From the NCBI GenBank assembly GCA_018971565.1, contig JAGXAO010000002.1, positions 6,499 through 70,498 of the forward strand: a DNA stretch of 64,000 nucleotides. Direction: 5' to 3'. The DNA is from Rhodospirillales bacterium. Lineage in GTDB: Bacteria; Pseudomonadota; Alphaproteobacteria; Acetobacterales; Acetobacteraceae. The position numbers were made by a program, and so were the translations under genes. Numbering within the stretch: the stretch's first letter is position 1; every line of letters begins with the position of its first letter. Shown here in pieces: positions 32,466-42,625 of this stretch. Under the pieces are notes generated by a model. The model made no database searches. It worked only from the letters and a program-made list of their open reading frames with translations, and had not been told where the DNA came from.

Positions 32466-34037
32466 GTGCGCCGGCGGCCTGTTCTGCTCGGCGGCCTTGC
32501 CGCGCTTTCTGCGATAACTGCGCGCGCGCAAAGCGTGCTTGGCAACACAGCACAGCAAAATTTTCAGGCGGCGGCGCTGGACGACAAGACCGGCCCCGGA
32601 TTTTCCAGGATTGTTATTGCCCGCTGGGGCGACATGCTCCAGCCGGACGCGCCGCCCTTCGACCCTGCGGCACTTACCGCCGAGCAGGCCAACAGCCAGT
32701 TTCCTTACGACGCGGTGATCGCGGCGCTGGTATCGCCGCCACCGGCGCAAGATGGCGTTCCGCGCCTGGTGCTGGTTACAGCCAACCCCACAGCGCCAGC
32801 GCGGATGCTTTTTAGCGGTGGTGTTGATAACCCCGAAGTTGCCGGGCGCGAGCAAGGCGTTACTGTGGTTAACCTACAATATCTTTCCGGGCGCTGGGTA
32901 ACGGTTGTGGGTGGCTACCAGACCCGCCGCCTTGCCGATGCCACACTCTGCCAGCTTTCCGGACCCGCCGCGGCGCAAATTGGCGCGACCGTACAAGGTG
33001 TGCTGGCGGTAAATGGCGGCAGCGCCACGCCATGGGGCAGCGTGTTGCTGGCAGAAGGCGATGCAGGGCCATGGCTTACGCGGCTGGCAGGGCTTGGCCT
33101 TGGTTACAATAACCCTGCCGTGGCGGCGCGTTATGGCTGGGTGGTTGAATTCGACCCGCTTGACCCGCTTTCTATTCCCGTGAAGCGCACGGCACTTGGG
33201 CGGATTGCCCGGGCCGGGGTGCTGGCGACTGCTACCAAGGATGGCCGCCCAGTGGTGTTCTTCACGCAAGACGCAGCGGGGGGCATGCTGTTCCGGTTCG
33301 TTGCAGCCACGAACGCGGCGGATGGCACAGCGCTTGACACCGGCACGCTCTGCGTGGCGGTTTTGGGCGGAGGCGGAATTGATTGGGTGGTTCTGCCGGG
33401 TGGCGTGCCAACCTTGGCGGGGCTCGCGAATGCCGGAATCACGGCCGGGGGTGAGAGTTTTGACGCACCTGGCGGCCTGGCGATGAGCGCTGATGGCACC
33501 ACTCTATATCTGGCCTGCGCCGGCAATGCGGCGCGCAGCGTTGCTGATACACTGAACCCAGGTGGCGAGGCCGGCCATATCGTGCAATTCACTCTGCCCG
33601 GCGCCGACGCCACTGCCCAGCATTTTCCTGCAAGCATCGCACTAATTGCAGGCAACCCAGCCACCGAAGAAGGCACCCAATATGGCCCCGGCAGCCAGGC
33701 TTGGCTGCGCAAGCCCCGCACACTTGCCATCGACCCCGCAGGGAACCTCTGGATTGGCACCGACCAGCGTGGCGATACGGCGCAAACGGCGGACGGGCTG
33801 TTTATCATGCAGACCACCGGCCCTGCCCAGGGCGCTGTAGCCTATGCCTACTTGGCACCCGTTGGCGCGGCAGCAGGGGGCGCTGCCTTTGACGCCGCCA
33901 GCAAAACGACATTTGGCGCGGTGCGCCACCCCGGTGCCACGCCGGGGGCGAGTTTCGCTAATCCCGCCACACGCTGGCCAACCCTGCAACCTGATATGCC
34001 GCCGCAAACCACTATCATCGGGCTGGTAACGCAGTGA
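32466..34037 (+). CDS. PhoX/DUF839-fold exported protein, probably catalytically inactive
   Basis: Likely GTG start at 32466 giving a twin-Arg-like signal (RRRPVLLGGLAALSAITARA). PhoX scaffold motifs RWGD, TPWG, YGWVVEFDP..PVKRTALGR, GNLWIGTD, HPG and RWP...MPP are present. Confidence 0.8.
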   Translation: MRRRPVLLGGLAALSAITARAQSVLGNTAQQNFQAAALDDKTGPGFSRIVIARWGDMLQPDAPPFDPAALTAEQANSQFPYDAVIAALVSPPPAQDGVPRLVLVTANPTAPARMLFSGGVDNPEVAGREQGVTVVNLQYLSGRWVTVVGGYQTRRLADATLCQLSGPAAAQIGATVQGVLAVNGGSATPWGSVLLAEGDAGPWLTRLAGLGLGYNNPAVAARYGWVVEFDPLDPLSIPVKRTALGRIARAGVLATATKDGRPVVFFTQDAAGGMLFRFVAATNAADGTALDTGTLCVAVLGGGGIDWVVLPGGVPTLAGLANAGITAGGESFDAPGGLAMSADGTTLYLACAGNAARSVADTLNPGGEAGHIVQFTLPGADATAQHFPASIALIAGNPATEEGTQYGPGSQAWLRKPRTLAIDPAGNLWIGTDQRGDTAQTADGLFIMQTTGPAQGAVAYAYLAPVGAAAGGAAFDAASKTTFGAVRHPGATPGASFANPATRWPTLQPDMPPQTTIIGLVTQ

Positions 34038-34471
34038 TCGAGATTGTCCGGGCTGAACATGGCTCGGTAGAACTTGAAGCTTGCTTTGCCATCCGCGTTG
34101 CCGTGTTTGTAGACGAACAAGGCGTGCCCCTGGAGGAAGAGCTGGACGAGCTGGACGATACGGCCATGCATTTTCTGGCACTGTGGAACGGCACACCGGC
34201 AGGCACAGCCCGCGCCGTAGAAAAAACGCCGGGCTTAAGAAAAATAGGCCGGGTAGCGGTAAGGGCGGCGTTCCGCAAATTCGGCATCGGTAAGGCACTG
34301 ATGCAAGGCATCGAAGCTGAATGCCCTGGCAGCACTTTTATGCTGGACGCGCAGACCTATGCGATCGGGTTTTACCAGAGGTTGGGTTACACCGCTGAAG
34401 GGCCGGAGTTTCTGGATGCGGGCATTCCCCACCGGCTCATGCGTAAGGCGGGCTCTGCATCTGGCGGCTGA
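34034..34471 (+). CDS. GNAT acetyltransferase (ElaA/YjcF-like)
   Basis: R..VFVDEQGVP..EELD, KIGRVAV, FYQRLGY and F.DAGIPH.LM motifs. GTGA overlap with the PhoX-like gene. Confidence 0.92.
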   Translation: MIEIVRAEHGSVELEACFAIRVAVFVDEQGVPLEEELDELDDTAMHFLALWNGTPAGTARAVEKTPGLRKIGRVAVRAAFRKFGIGKALMQGIEAECPGSTFMLDAQTYAIGFYQRLGYTAEGPEFLDAGIPHRLMRKAGSASGG

Positions 34472-34488
34472 AGCCGGGAAAGTAGGAT

Positions 34489-35157
34489 TTAAAAATCCAG
34501 ATCCGCGTAATGGGGTGGAGGCGCCATGCCGTTCACACGGTCTGCCAAAACAGCACGGAAACATGGGCGAGACTTGATGCGTGCGTACCAGTCCTTCGCG
34601 GCGGGGGAAACCGACCAATCGACATCTCCCATGAAATCCAGCGTGGAGAGCATAGCGGCGGCGGCAAAATCCGCGACTGAAAGATTAGCCCCCGCCAGCC
34701 AGCGCCGGTGCTCTGCCAACCAGCCGATATAAAGCAGATGCTGCTTTAAGTTGGCATAGCCCGCGCGCAGGGCGTTGCCATCTGGCGCGCCTAGCTTGAG
34801 TGCCTGTTTGAGGTTTTTTTCCCAATAAAGATTGCGGACAACCTCATCGTAAAACTTCTCATCAAACCAGGCGGTGAGGCGGCGGGTTTCAACACGCTCA
34901 GGCTGGGCGCGGCTCAGCAGCGACGTGTCAGGGTAGGATTCTTCCAGATACTCACAAATCACCCGTGAGTCCGGGACAACGAGTCCGTTATCCTCAATGA
35001 GAGTCGGCACGGTGCAGGCGGGGTTCATTTCCAGATAGCTGGGTTGGCGGTCCCAGACTTTTTCGACCCGAAGCTCGAAAGGCAGACGTTTCTCTGCCAG
35101 AACCATTCGCACCTTGCGCGAATAGGGGGATAGCGGAAGGTGATAAAGGACTCGCAT
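34489..35157 (-). CDS. fzlA: Glutathione S-transferase family protein, FtsZ-binding FzlA-like
   Basis: GST fold (SPYSRKVR, NP..TVP.L, WYARIKSRP.FR) ending in the FzlA-type tail PPPHYADLDF. Confidence 0.75.
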   Translation of the reverse strand: MRVLYHLPLSPYSRKVRMVLAEKRLPFELRVEKVWDRQPSYLEMNPACTVPTLIEDNGLVVPDSRVICEYLEESYPDTSLLSRAQPERVETRRLTAWFDEKFYDEVVRNLYWEKNLKQALKLGAPDGNALRAGYANLKQHLLYIGWLAEHRRWLAGANLSVADFAAAAMLSTLDFMGDVDWSVSPAAKDWYARIKSRPCFRAVLADRVNGMAPPPHYADLDF

Positions 35158-35187
35158 GGCCGGGATTATGGCACTCTAAAATGCTTA

Positions 35188-35225
35188 CAAAAAGAGGCTG
35201 CCTTTTTAAAAAGCAGCCTCTTTTG
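35188..35225. terminator. Intrinsic terminator downstream of gltB
   Basis: AAAAGAGGCTGC-loop-GCAGCCTCTTTT hairpin with T tracts on both strands. Confidence 0.85.
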
Positions 35226-35241
35226 CAACAACTATAGCTGG

Positions 35242-38200
35242 TCAGGCGGTTTTCAACGCCGGTGCGTCGTCCAGCGCCGCGGGTAGATATTTAATATACT
35301 CAGTTGGCACCACCTGCCAGAAATGCGGGGCCTCACGGTCCCAGTCATTCAGCAGCGTTGCGGCATAAACGCTTTCTGTTTCGGCCACATGGCGTTCCAC
35401 CAGTTCGCGCAACACGCCGGCCCAATATGAGGCGTTAATGCGCTGCCAATGCAGTGTCTCCTTGTTCAGCCGCATCTCAAACTTATTCGCGCGGTCATAA
35501 ACAAAAGCGATGCCACCGGTGAAGCCTGCGCCGAAATTGTCGCCAACCTCGCCCAAAATAACAACCGTGCCGCCGGTCATATATTCGCAAGCGTTGGAGC
35601 CGACACCTTCAACAACCGTTGTGGCGCCGGAATTGCGTACGGCGAAACGCTCGCCCGCCAGCCCCGCAGCAAACAGGCTGCCTGCGGTGGCGCCATAGAG
35701 CACCGTGTTGCCGATGATGGTGTTCTCGTTGGTTTTAAGCTTGGAAGAAGGGCCAGGCCGCACCACGATGCTACCGCCTGAAAGCCCCTTGCCGACATAA
35801 TCATTCGCATCGCCAAACACTTCCAGCTTCAACCCGTTTACCGCGAAGGCGCCGAGAGACTGCCCGGCGGAACCGCGCAGCCGCACGGTTACGTGGCCCG
35901 GCTGCAGCTTCACCTTCCGGTATTTCGCAACAATCTGCGAGCTGAACTTGGTGCCGATGGCGCGGTGCGTGTTGCGGATGTTGTATTGCAACTGCATCTT
36001 CTCGCCGTTCTTGAAGAACGGCTCGGCATCCTCGATCATCTGGGCATCCAGCGTCTCTGGCACCTCGTTGCGGCCCTCGCGGGTGCAGTAGCGCGCATAG
36101 GGGCCGGGGTCTGCCTGGGCCAGAAGCGGGTTGAGATCAAGGTCGTCCAGATAATCCGCACCGCGTGAAACCTGGTGCAGCAGGTCTGTGCGGCCGATAA
36201 CCTCAGCAAGCGAACGGAAGCCAAGCCCAGCCAGAATTTCACGCACTTCCTCGGCCACGAATGAGAAGAGGTTGATGACCTTCTCCGGCGTGCCGTCGAA
36301 TTTCTGGCGCAGCGCCTCGTCCTGCGTGCACACGCCCACCGGGCAAGTGTTGGAATGGCACTGGCGGACCATGATGCAGCCCATGGCAACCAGGCTGGCT
36401 GTGCCGATGCCGAATTCCTCAGCGCCCAGCATGGCGGCGATGACCACATCGCGCCCGGTCTTCAGCCCGCCATCCGTCCGCAGCACCACCTGATGGCGCA
36501 GGCGGTTGAGCATGAGCACCTGATGCGCCTCGGAAAGCCCCATCTCCCACGGCATGCCGGCATATTTCACCGAGCTTTGCGGGGAAGCACCGGTGCCACC
36601 AACATGGCCGGAGATCAGGATCGCATCTGCCTTCGCCTTCGCCACACCAGCCGCGATGGTGCCAATGCCCGAGCGCGCCACCAGCTTCACGCACACTGTG
36701 GCGCGCGGGTTGATCTGCTTCAGGTCGTAGATGAGCTGCGCCAGATCCTCGATGGAATAGATATCGTGATGCGGCGGCGGGGAGATGAGCGTGACTCCCG
36801 GCGTGGAGTGACGCAACTTGGCGATGAGCTCCGTAACCTTGAAGCCCGGCAGTTGTCCGCCCTCACCCGGCTTGGCGCCTTGCGCAACCTTGATCTCGAT
36901 TTCCTTACAATCGTTCAGGTATTCCGCCGTGACGCCGAAGCGCCCGGAGGCAATCTGTTTGATCGCCGAGGAGGCATTATCACCATTCGGGCGCGGCTCG
37001 GCGCGCGCCGGGTCTTCACCGCCTTCGCCGGAATCGGAGCGCGCCCCGATGCGGTTCATGGCGATGGAAAGCGTCTCATGCGCTTCCGGTGAAAGCGCGC
37101 CCAGCGAGATGCCGGGGGCAAGCAGCCGCTTGCGGATGGAGGTAATGCTCTCCACCTCGTCAGGCGAGATGGGGTTCAGCCCGTCGGTGCGGAAATCCAG
37201 CAAATCGCGCAGCGCCACCGGCTTCTGCTTGCGCACCATTTCCGAATAACGTTTGAACATCCTGTAGGAACCGCTGCCAACAGCAGTTTGCAGCAGGTGG
37301 ATGGCGTTATTGTCGAAAGCATGGGCTTCGCCGGTGCGGCGCTGGCGGTATAGCCCGCCGGCATCCAGCGGCACGGCAACGCCGCCCCAGGCCTTTTCGT
37401 GCAGTTCCAGCACCTTATGCGCGATGCCAGGCAGGCCAATACCGGAAATGCGCGAAGCCATGCCGGGGAAGAACTCACCTACCAGCGCGCGGGAAAGCCC
37501 GATGGCCTCGAAATTATAGCCGCCGCGATAAGAAGAGATGACCGAGATGCCCATTTTGGACATCACCTTCAGCAACCCCTTATCAACAGCCTTCTTATAA
37601 CGGGCGACGCATTCCTTCAGCGAGACATTGCCGAACAGCCCGCGCGCATGCCGGTCCGCGATGCATTCCTGTGCCAGATAGGCGTTTACCGTGGTGGCGC
37701 CCACGCCCACCAGCACCGCGAAATAATGTACGTCCAGACACTCGGAGGAGCGGACGTTCAAGCTGGTGAAGGTGCGCAGAGATTGCCGCACCAGATGCGT
37801 GTGCACAGCACCCGTGGCGAGGATCATCGGGATCGGCGCGCGCTCCGGGCTCGTCGCTTCGTCGGTGAGGATGACGTGCGTGCAACCGGCGCGCACGCCT
37901 TCCTCCGCCTCGCGCCGAATCCGCTCTATGGCGCGGCGCAAGCCGCCCTCCCCGTTTACAATTTTGAAAGTGGCATCCACCACGCAAGCCGAAGCGCCCA
38001 TGGTGCGGCGCATGGCCTCAAACTCGGCGCTGGAAAGCACAGGGGATTCGAGCTGAAGCAGGTCGCACTGATCCTCAGTTTCGTCCAGCACATTGCCAAG
38101 ATTACCAAGGCGCGTCTTCAGCGTCATCACCCTGGTCTCACGCAGGGAATCCATGGCCGGGTTCGTCACCTGGCTGAAGCTCTGGCGGAAATAATGGTGC

Positions 38201-39774
38201 AAGCCACGGTAACGGTCAGACAACACGGCAACCGGCGTGTCATCGCCCATCGAGCCTGTGGCCTCCTGCGCTGTTTCCACCATGGGGTGCAGGATCAGCT
38301 CCATATCCTCCAGCGAAAACCCAACCGCGAGCTGGCGGCGGCGCAATGCCTCGGCACTCAGCCGCACCGGCTCCGGCGCATCGGTTTTCACGATATGGTC
38401 GATGACGGTGATACGCTTGGTCCAGGCGGCAAAATCCTGGCGCGCCGCCAACATGTCCTTCAATTCACCATCATGGTAGAATTTCGATTCATCGAGATCC
38501 ACGGCGATGGTCTGGCCGGGGCCGACCGCACCCTTCTCGATGATATCCTCCTCATCGAGCTTCACCATACCGGTTTCAGAACCAACGATGAGCATGTTTT
38601 GCCTGGTGATGGAGTAACGCAACGGCCGCAGGCCGTTACGGTCCAGCCCGGCAATAACAAACCTGCCATCAGTGGCGGCAACAGCGGCCGGGCCGTCCCA
38701 CGGTTCCATCACGGCGTTGCAGTACAAGAACAAATCTTTATGCGCCTGCGGCATTGCCGCGTCGCTGGAGATAGATGGCGGGATCATCAATGTTTTTGCC
38801 ATTGGCGCGTCGCGCCCGGCGCGCACCAGCAGTTCAAACACATTATCCAGCGCTGCCGTATCGGAGCCCGAGGCCTGCACAACGGGTTTTACATAATCCA
38901 AAAACTCGTCCAGCCCTTCGGCGCCCAGCCGCGTTTCGTGGCTCTGCATCCAGTTGATATTGCCGGCAACGGTGTTGATCTCGCCGTTATGGGCCAGCAT
39001 GCGGAAGGGTTGTGCCAGCTTCCAGGTGGGAAATGTGTTAGTGGAATAACGCTGGTGGTAAATGGCAAAGCGCGAAACAAAACGCGCATCCAGCAGGTCC
39101 GGGTAAAAATCCGTCAGGCTTTCGGCCAGAAACATGCCCTTATAGACAATGGAGCGGCAGGAGAGCGAGCAGAGGTAAAGCTCTGGCACCTGCGCCTCGA
39201 TGGCGGCCTTCTCGATCTTGCGGCGGATGATGTACAGCTCGCGCTCGAACTCATCCTCCGAGAGGCCGCGCGCGTTCCAGAGCATGATCTGCTCAATCTC
39301 GGGGCGGGTGGCGTTGGCCTTCTCACCGATGCAGGCGACATTGATGGGCACTTGGCGCCAGCCATAAATGCGATAACCGAAATTAAGGATCTCGGTTTCT
39401 ACAATCTGGCGGCAACGCTCCTGCGCGCCGAGGTCGGTTTTTGGCAGAAACACCATGCCCACCGCGATGGCGCCTTCATGCAGCCTATCTCCACCGCGCT
39501 TGATCTCGGCCGCAAAGAAATCCTGCGGAATTTCGATATGAATGCCCGCACCATCACCGGTTTTGCCATCGGCATCCACGGCACCACGGTGCCAGACGGC
39601 TTTTAGTGCATCGATACCAGCCTGCACAATGTCCCGGCGCTTCTTACCATCCAGTGCCGCGACAAGACCGACGCCACAGGCATCATGCTCCTGCTCACGG
39701 CTATAGGTATGGCGCAGAGCCTCGGTATTAGCATCCCAGGCGGCGAGAAATTCGGGTGCGGTTTCGTGATTCAT
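35242..39774 (-). CDS. gltB: Glutamate synthase large subunit
   Basis: HDACGVG (N-terminal nucleophile Cys), HQRYSTNT, AHNGEIN, KVAQGAKPGEGG and C.MVRQCHSNTCPVG. Confidence 0.98.
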   Translation of the reverse strand: MNHETAPEFLAAWDANTEALRHTYSREQEHDACGVGLVAALDGKKRRDIVQAGIDALKAVWHRGAVDADGKTGDGAGIHIEIPQDFFAAEIKRGGDRLHEGAIAVGMVFLPKTDLGAQERCRQIVETEILNFGYRIYGWRQVPINVACIGEKANATRPEIEQIMLWNARGLSEDEFERELYIIRRKIEKAAIEAQVPELYLCSLSCRSIVYKGMFLAESLTDFYPDLLDARFVSRFAIYHQRYSTNTFPTWKLAQPFRMLAHNGEINTVAGNINWMQSHETRLGAEGLDEFLDYVKPVVQASGSDTAALDNVFELLVRAGRDAPMAKTLMIPPSISSDAAMPQAHKDLFLYCNAVMEPWDGPAAVAATDGRFVIAGLDRNGLRPLRYSITRQNMLIVGSETGMVKLDEEDIIEKGAVGPGQTIAVDLDESKFYHDGELKDMLAARQDFAAWTKRITVIDHIVKTDAPEPVRLSAEALRRRQLAVGFSLEDMELILHPMVETAQEATGSMGDDTPVAVLSDRYRGLHHYFRQSFSQVTNPAMDSLRETRVMTLKTRLGNLGNVLDETEDQCDLLQLESPVLSSAEFEAMRRTMGASACVVDATFKIVNGEGGLRRAIERIRREAEEGVRAGCTHVILTDEATSPERAPIPMILATGAVHTHLVRQSLRTFTSLNVRSSECLDVHYFAVLVGVGATTVNAYLAQECIADRHARGLFGNVSLKECVARYKKAVDKGLLKVMSKMGISVISSYRGGYNFEAIGLSRALVGEFFPGMASRISGIGLPGIAHKVLELHEKAWGGVAVPLDAGGLYRQRRTGEAHAFDNNAIHLLQTAVGSGSYRMFKRYSEMVRKQKPVALRDLLDFRTDGLNPISPDEVESITSIRKRLLAPGISLGALSPEAHETLSIAMNRIGARSDSGEGGEDPARAEPRPNGDNASSAIKQIASGRFGVTAEYLNDCKEIEIKVAQGAKPGEGGQLPGFKVTELIAKLRHSTPGVTLISPPPHHDIYSIEDLAQLIYDLKQINPRATVCVKLVARSGIGTIAAGVAKAKADAILISGHVGGTGASPQSSVKYAGMPWEMGLSEAHQVLMLNRLRHQVVLRTDGGLKTGRDVVIAAMLGAEEFGIGTASLVAMGCIMVRQCHSNTCPVGVCTQDEALRQKFDGTPEKVINLFSFVAEEVREILAGLGFRSLAEVIGRTDLLHQVSRGADYLDDLDLNPLLAQADPGPYARYCTREGRNEVPETLDAQMIEDAEPFFKNGEKMQLQYNIRNTHRAIGTKFSSQIVAKYRKVKLQPGHVTVRLRGSAGQSLGAFAVNGLKLEVFGDANDYVGKGLSGGSIVVRPGPSSKLKTNENTIIGNTVLYGATAGSLFAAGLAGERFAVRNSGATTVVEGVGSNACEYMTGGTVVILGEVGDNFGAGFTGGIAFVYDRANKFEMRLNKETLHWQRINASYWAGVLRELVERHVAETESVYAATLLNDWDREAPHFWQVVPTEYIKYLPAALDDAPALKTA

Positions 39775-39779
39775 GGCGA

Positions 39780-41213
39780 TTACTCCGCGGCCTGCGCCTG
39801 ACGGGCGGCCTGAAATTGACGATGAATGGCGGCGGCGGCATCGCGCCCGTCGCGGATGGCCCAGACAACCAGCGAGGCGCCACGCACGATATCTCCGGCG
39901 GCGAACACGCCAGGCAGAGAGGTCTCGAAGCTGCGCGGATTCACCTTCAGCGTACCCCAGCCGGTAAGTTTCAATGCCGGTTCATTGAACGCGATGGGCA
40001 GTTCCTCGGGGTCAAAGCCCAGCGCCTTGATGACAACATCCGCCTTGATGGTGAAGGAAGAGCCTTCGATCGTCTCAACAGACTGCCTCCCTGACGCATC
40101 TGGCAAACCAAGATGCATACGCATAGCGCGTACGCCTGTTACCTTGTCATCGCCCAGGAACATTTCCGGCGCTGAGAGCCAGGCAAAATTTACGCCTTCC
40201 TCCTCTGCATTTTTCACTTCACGCAGAGAGCCTGGCATATTCTGCTTGTCGCGCCGGTAGAGGCAGGTGACCGATTTCGCATTCTGGCGAATTGCCGTGC
40301 GGACGCAATCCATTGCTGTGTCGCCGCCGCCAATTACCACCACATCCTTGCCGGCGGCATTCAGCAGGCCGGAATCATAGTCCGGCACCGCATCGCCCAG
40401 GCTTTTACGGTTGGAGGTGATGAGAAAGTCCAACGCCTTGACGATGCCGGGCAGGCCGGAACCAGGGCCGCCGATCTCGCGGGCTTTATAAACGCCGGTG
40501 GCGATCAACACCGCGTCGTGCTTTTCACGAAGTTCTGAGAATGGGAGCGCGCCACCGATATCTGCATTCAGCACGAACTTCACTCCGCCTTCCTCCAGCC
40601 ATTTCCAGCGGCGGAGCACGATGTCTTTCTCCAGCTTGAAGCCGGGAATGCCATAAATCAGCAGGCCGCCTACACGGTCGTGCCGGTCGTAAACGGTAAC
40701 CTGATAACCTTGGGCTCGCAGCCGCTCTGCCGCCGCCAGGCCCGCAGGGCCGGAGCCGACGATTCCGACAGTTTCAATACGCTCCGATAAGGGGGCGATC
40801 GGCTTCACCCAATTATTCTCGAAAGCGGTATCGGTAATATAGCGTTCAACCGCGCCTATCGTGACCGAGTCGAAGCCTTTTTCGATAACGCAATTGCCCT
40901 CACACAGCCGGTCCTGCGGGCAGATGCGCCCACAAATTTCAGGAAATGTGTTGGTTGCAGCGGAAAGCTCATACGCTTCCTCAAGCCGGCCCTCGGCTGT
41001 GAGCTTCAGCCAATCCGGGATGTTGTTGGAAAGCGGGCAATGCACCTGGCAGAACGGAATACCACATTGCGAGCAGCGGCTGGCTTGCTGTGCGGCCGCC
41101 TCCGGCTGGAAATCATCGTAAATTTCCTGAAAATCTCCACGGCGCGTTTCCGCCGGGCGTTTCTCAGGCGTCTGCTGGGGCAGGTTGATGAATTTCAGCA
41201 TCCGTTCGGCCAT
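39780..41213 (-). CDS. gltD: Glutamate synthase small subunit
   Basis: CSQCGIPFCQVHCP, CGRICPQDRLCE, GSGPAG and GGGDTAMDC motifs. Confidence 0.97.
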   Translation of the reverse strand: MAERMLKFINLPQQTPEKRPAETRRGDFQEIYDDFQPEAAAQQASRCSQCGIPFCQVHCPLSNNIPDWLKLTAEGRLEEAYELSAATNTFPEICGRICPQDRLCEGNCVIEKGFDSVTIGAVERYITDTAFENNWVKPIAPLSERIETVGIVGSGPAGLAAAERLRAQGYQVTVYDRHDRVGGLLIYGIPGFKLEKDIVLRRWKWLEEGGVKFVLNADIGGALPFSELREKHDAVLIATGVYKAREIGGPGSGLPGIVKALDFLITSNRKSLGDAVPDYDSGLLNAAGKDVVVIGGGDTAMDCVRTAIRQNAKSVTCLYRRDKQNMPGSLREVKNAEEEGVNFAWLSAPEMFLGDDKVTGVRAMRMHLGLPDASGRQSVETIEGSSFTIKADVVIKALGFDPEELPIAFNEPALKLTGWGTLKVNPRSFETSLPGVFAAGDIVRGASLVVWAIRDGRDAAAAIHRQFQAARQAQAAE

Positions 41214-41411
41214 TTATCTCGCTCGCAAACAAAGGTAGGACGCCGCAAGCAGCGCCCTGCAGGGTAATGCCCCGCTCTTAACGAGATTTCTGACGGAATG
41301 CCAAGGATTTTTTTAAATTAGTTACCTTATGCTGACACATTTTATCAAAGAATCACGCAAAGCAAGACTTCGATAAAGCAAATCCGATCGAATTTAGGTA
41401 TTAAGTCGGTA

Positions 41412-42350
41412 CTATTCATGATAAATGTCACCGCTACGGCGCCCGCCAATACGATAGCGCGCCAGGTACTGCGGCAGAATGAGGTCCATCGGCGTGGCGG
41501 CGATTCCAAGATCCGGCAGCCCCGGCATACCGTGCGACACCACATTATCCTCGGCCAGCAGGGTAATCTGATCAGCAGTCAGCCCGGAACCTGGGATCAT
41601 CGCCGCCAGCCTGGCAAGGCCCAGAGGCATATCCCACAAGCAAGGTTTACGCTCGATAATCGCCAGCATGTGCTTGATGAGGGCGATGAAGGATTTTTGC
41701 TCGGGGCCACCCAGCTCGAACAATTTACCCACCCCTGATGGCCCGAGTGCTGCCAGCACAGCATCTGCGACGTTAGCGGCATAAACTGGCTGAAACTTGG
41801 TTTTGCCATGCACAACCGGCAGGATTGGAGACACCACTGCCATTTTTGCGAAACGGTTGAAAAAATTATCTTCCGGTCCAAAGATTATGGAAGGGCGAAG
41901 AATGGCGGCCTGCGGGTGCGCGTTTCTAACGGCTTCCTCCCCCTCCCCCTTGCTGCGGGCATAAACCGAAGGGCTGGCAGGGTTGGCGCCGATGGCCGAA
42001 ACATGCACAAACCCAGCGCCCGCGGCGCGGGCCAGCCGTGCCACCCGGCCAGCCCCTTCAGCATGAGTGCTCTGAAAATCACCCTTGCGTGATTCCGAGA
42101 GAATGCCTGCGAGGTTGATAACCACATCAGCTCCCTCGATGGCGCGGGCCGCCAACGCCTCGTTGGATACGGGCGCATAGAGTGCGACAATCTGCCCCGC
42201 AGCACCCATTGGGCGAAGAATTTTCGCCGCTTCGGTATCGCGCACGGCGGCACGAACGACATAGCCGCGCGCGGCCAGCCGTTGCACAATATACCGTCCC
42301 AAAAATCCGGAAGCGCCAAAAACCGTGGCGATTTTGCGTTCAGACAGCAT
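41412..42350 (-). CDS. NDUFA9-like atypical SDR / complex I-associated NAD(P)-binding protein
   Basis: VFGASGFLGRY, HVSAIGA, YARSK..GE and RPSIIFG.ED.FFNRFA motifs. Confidence 0.88.
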   Translation of the reverse strand: MLSERKIATVFGASGFLGRYIVQRLAARGYVVRAAVRDTEAAKILRPMGAAGQIVALYAPVSNEALAARAIEGADVVINLAGILSESRKGDFQSTHAEGAGRVARLARAAGAGFVHVSAIGANPASPSVYARSKGEGEEAVRNAHPQAAILRPSIIFGPEDNFFNRFAKMAVVSPILPVVHGKTKFQPVYAANVADAVLAALGPSGVGKLFELGGPEQKSFIALIKHMLAIIERKPCLWDMPLGLARLAAMIPGSGLTADQITLLAEDNVVSHGMPGLPDLGIAATPMDLILPQYLARYRIGGRRSGDIYHE

Positions 42351-42506
42351 ACAGGCCCCTTCTCTGTTTCTCGACACTTGTAGGCCGCGGCAAAAACACG
42401 CTCAAGCCATGTTGACGCCGGATTGAGGGAGAGTTAAACGCCGCTCCCACGGTGCTTCGGCACTGGTGGCGAACCGGGCAACCGGAACGCTTGAAAAAAT
42501 GGTCAG

Positions 42507-42593
42507 GCCCAGGTGGCGGAATTGGTAGACGCACTAGCTTCAGGTGCTAGCGCTCGCAAGGGCGTGGAGGTTCGAGTCCTCTCCTGGGCACCA
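42507..42593 (+). tRNA. tRNA-Leu(CAG)
   Basis: GCCCAGGTGGCGGAATTGGTAGACGC-ACTAGCTT-CAG-GTGCTAG, long variable arm, GGTTCGAGTCC...CTGGGCACCA. Confidence 0.97.
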
Positions 42594-42625
42594 TTTTTTA
42601 CTTCCTTTCACAGCCAGGTGAAAAA

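Noticed and set aside
37399..39606. 735-aa plus-strand ORF
   Set aside because: Entirely antisense to gltB with no recognisable motifs; a typical high-GC shadow frame.
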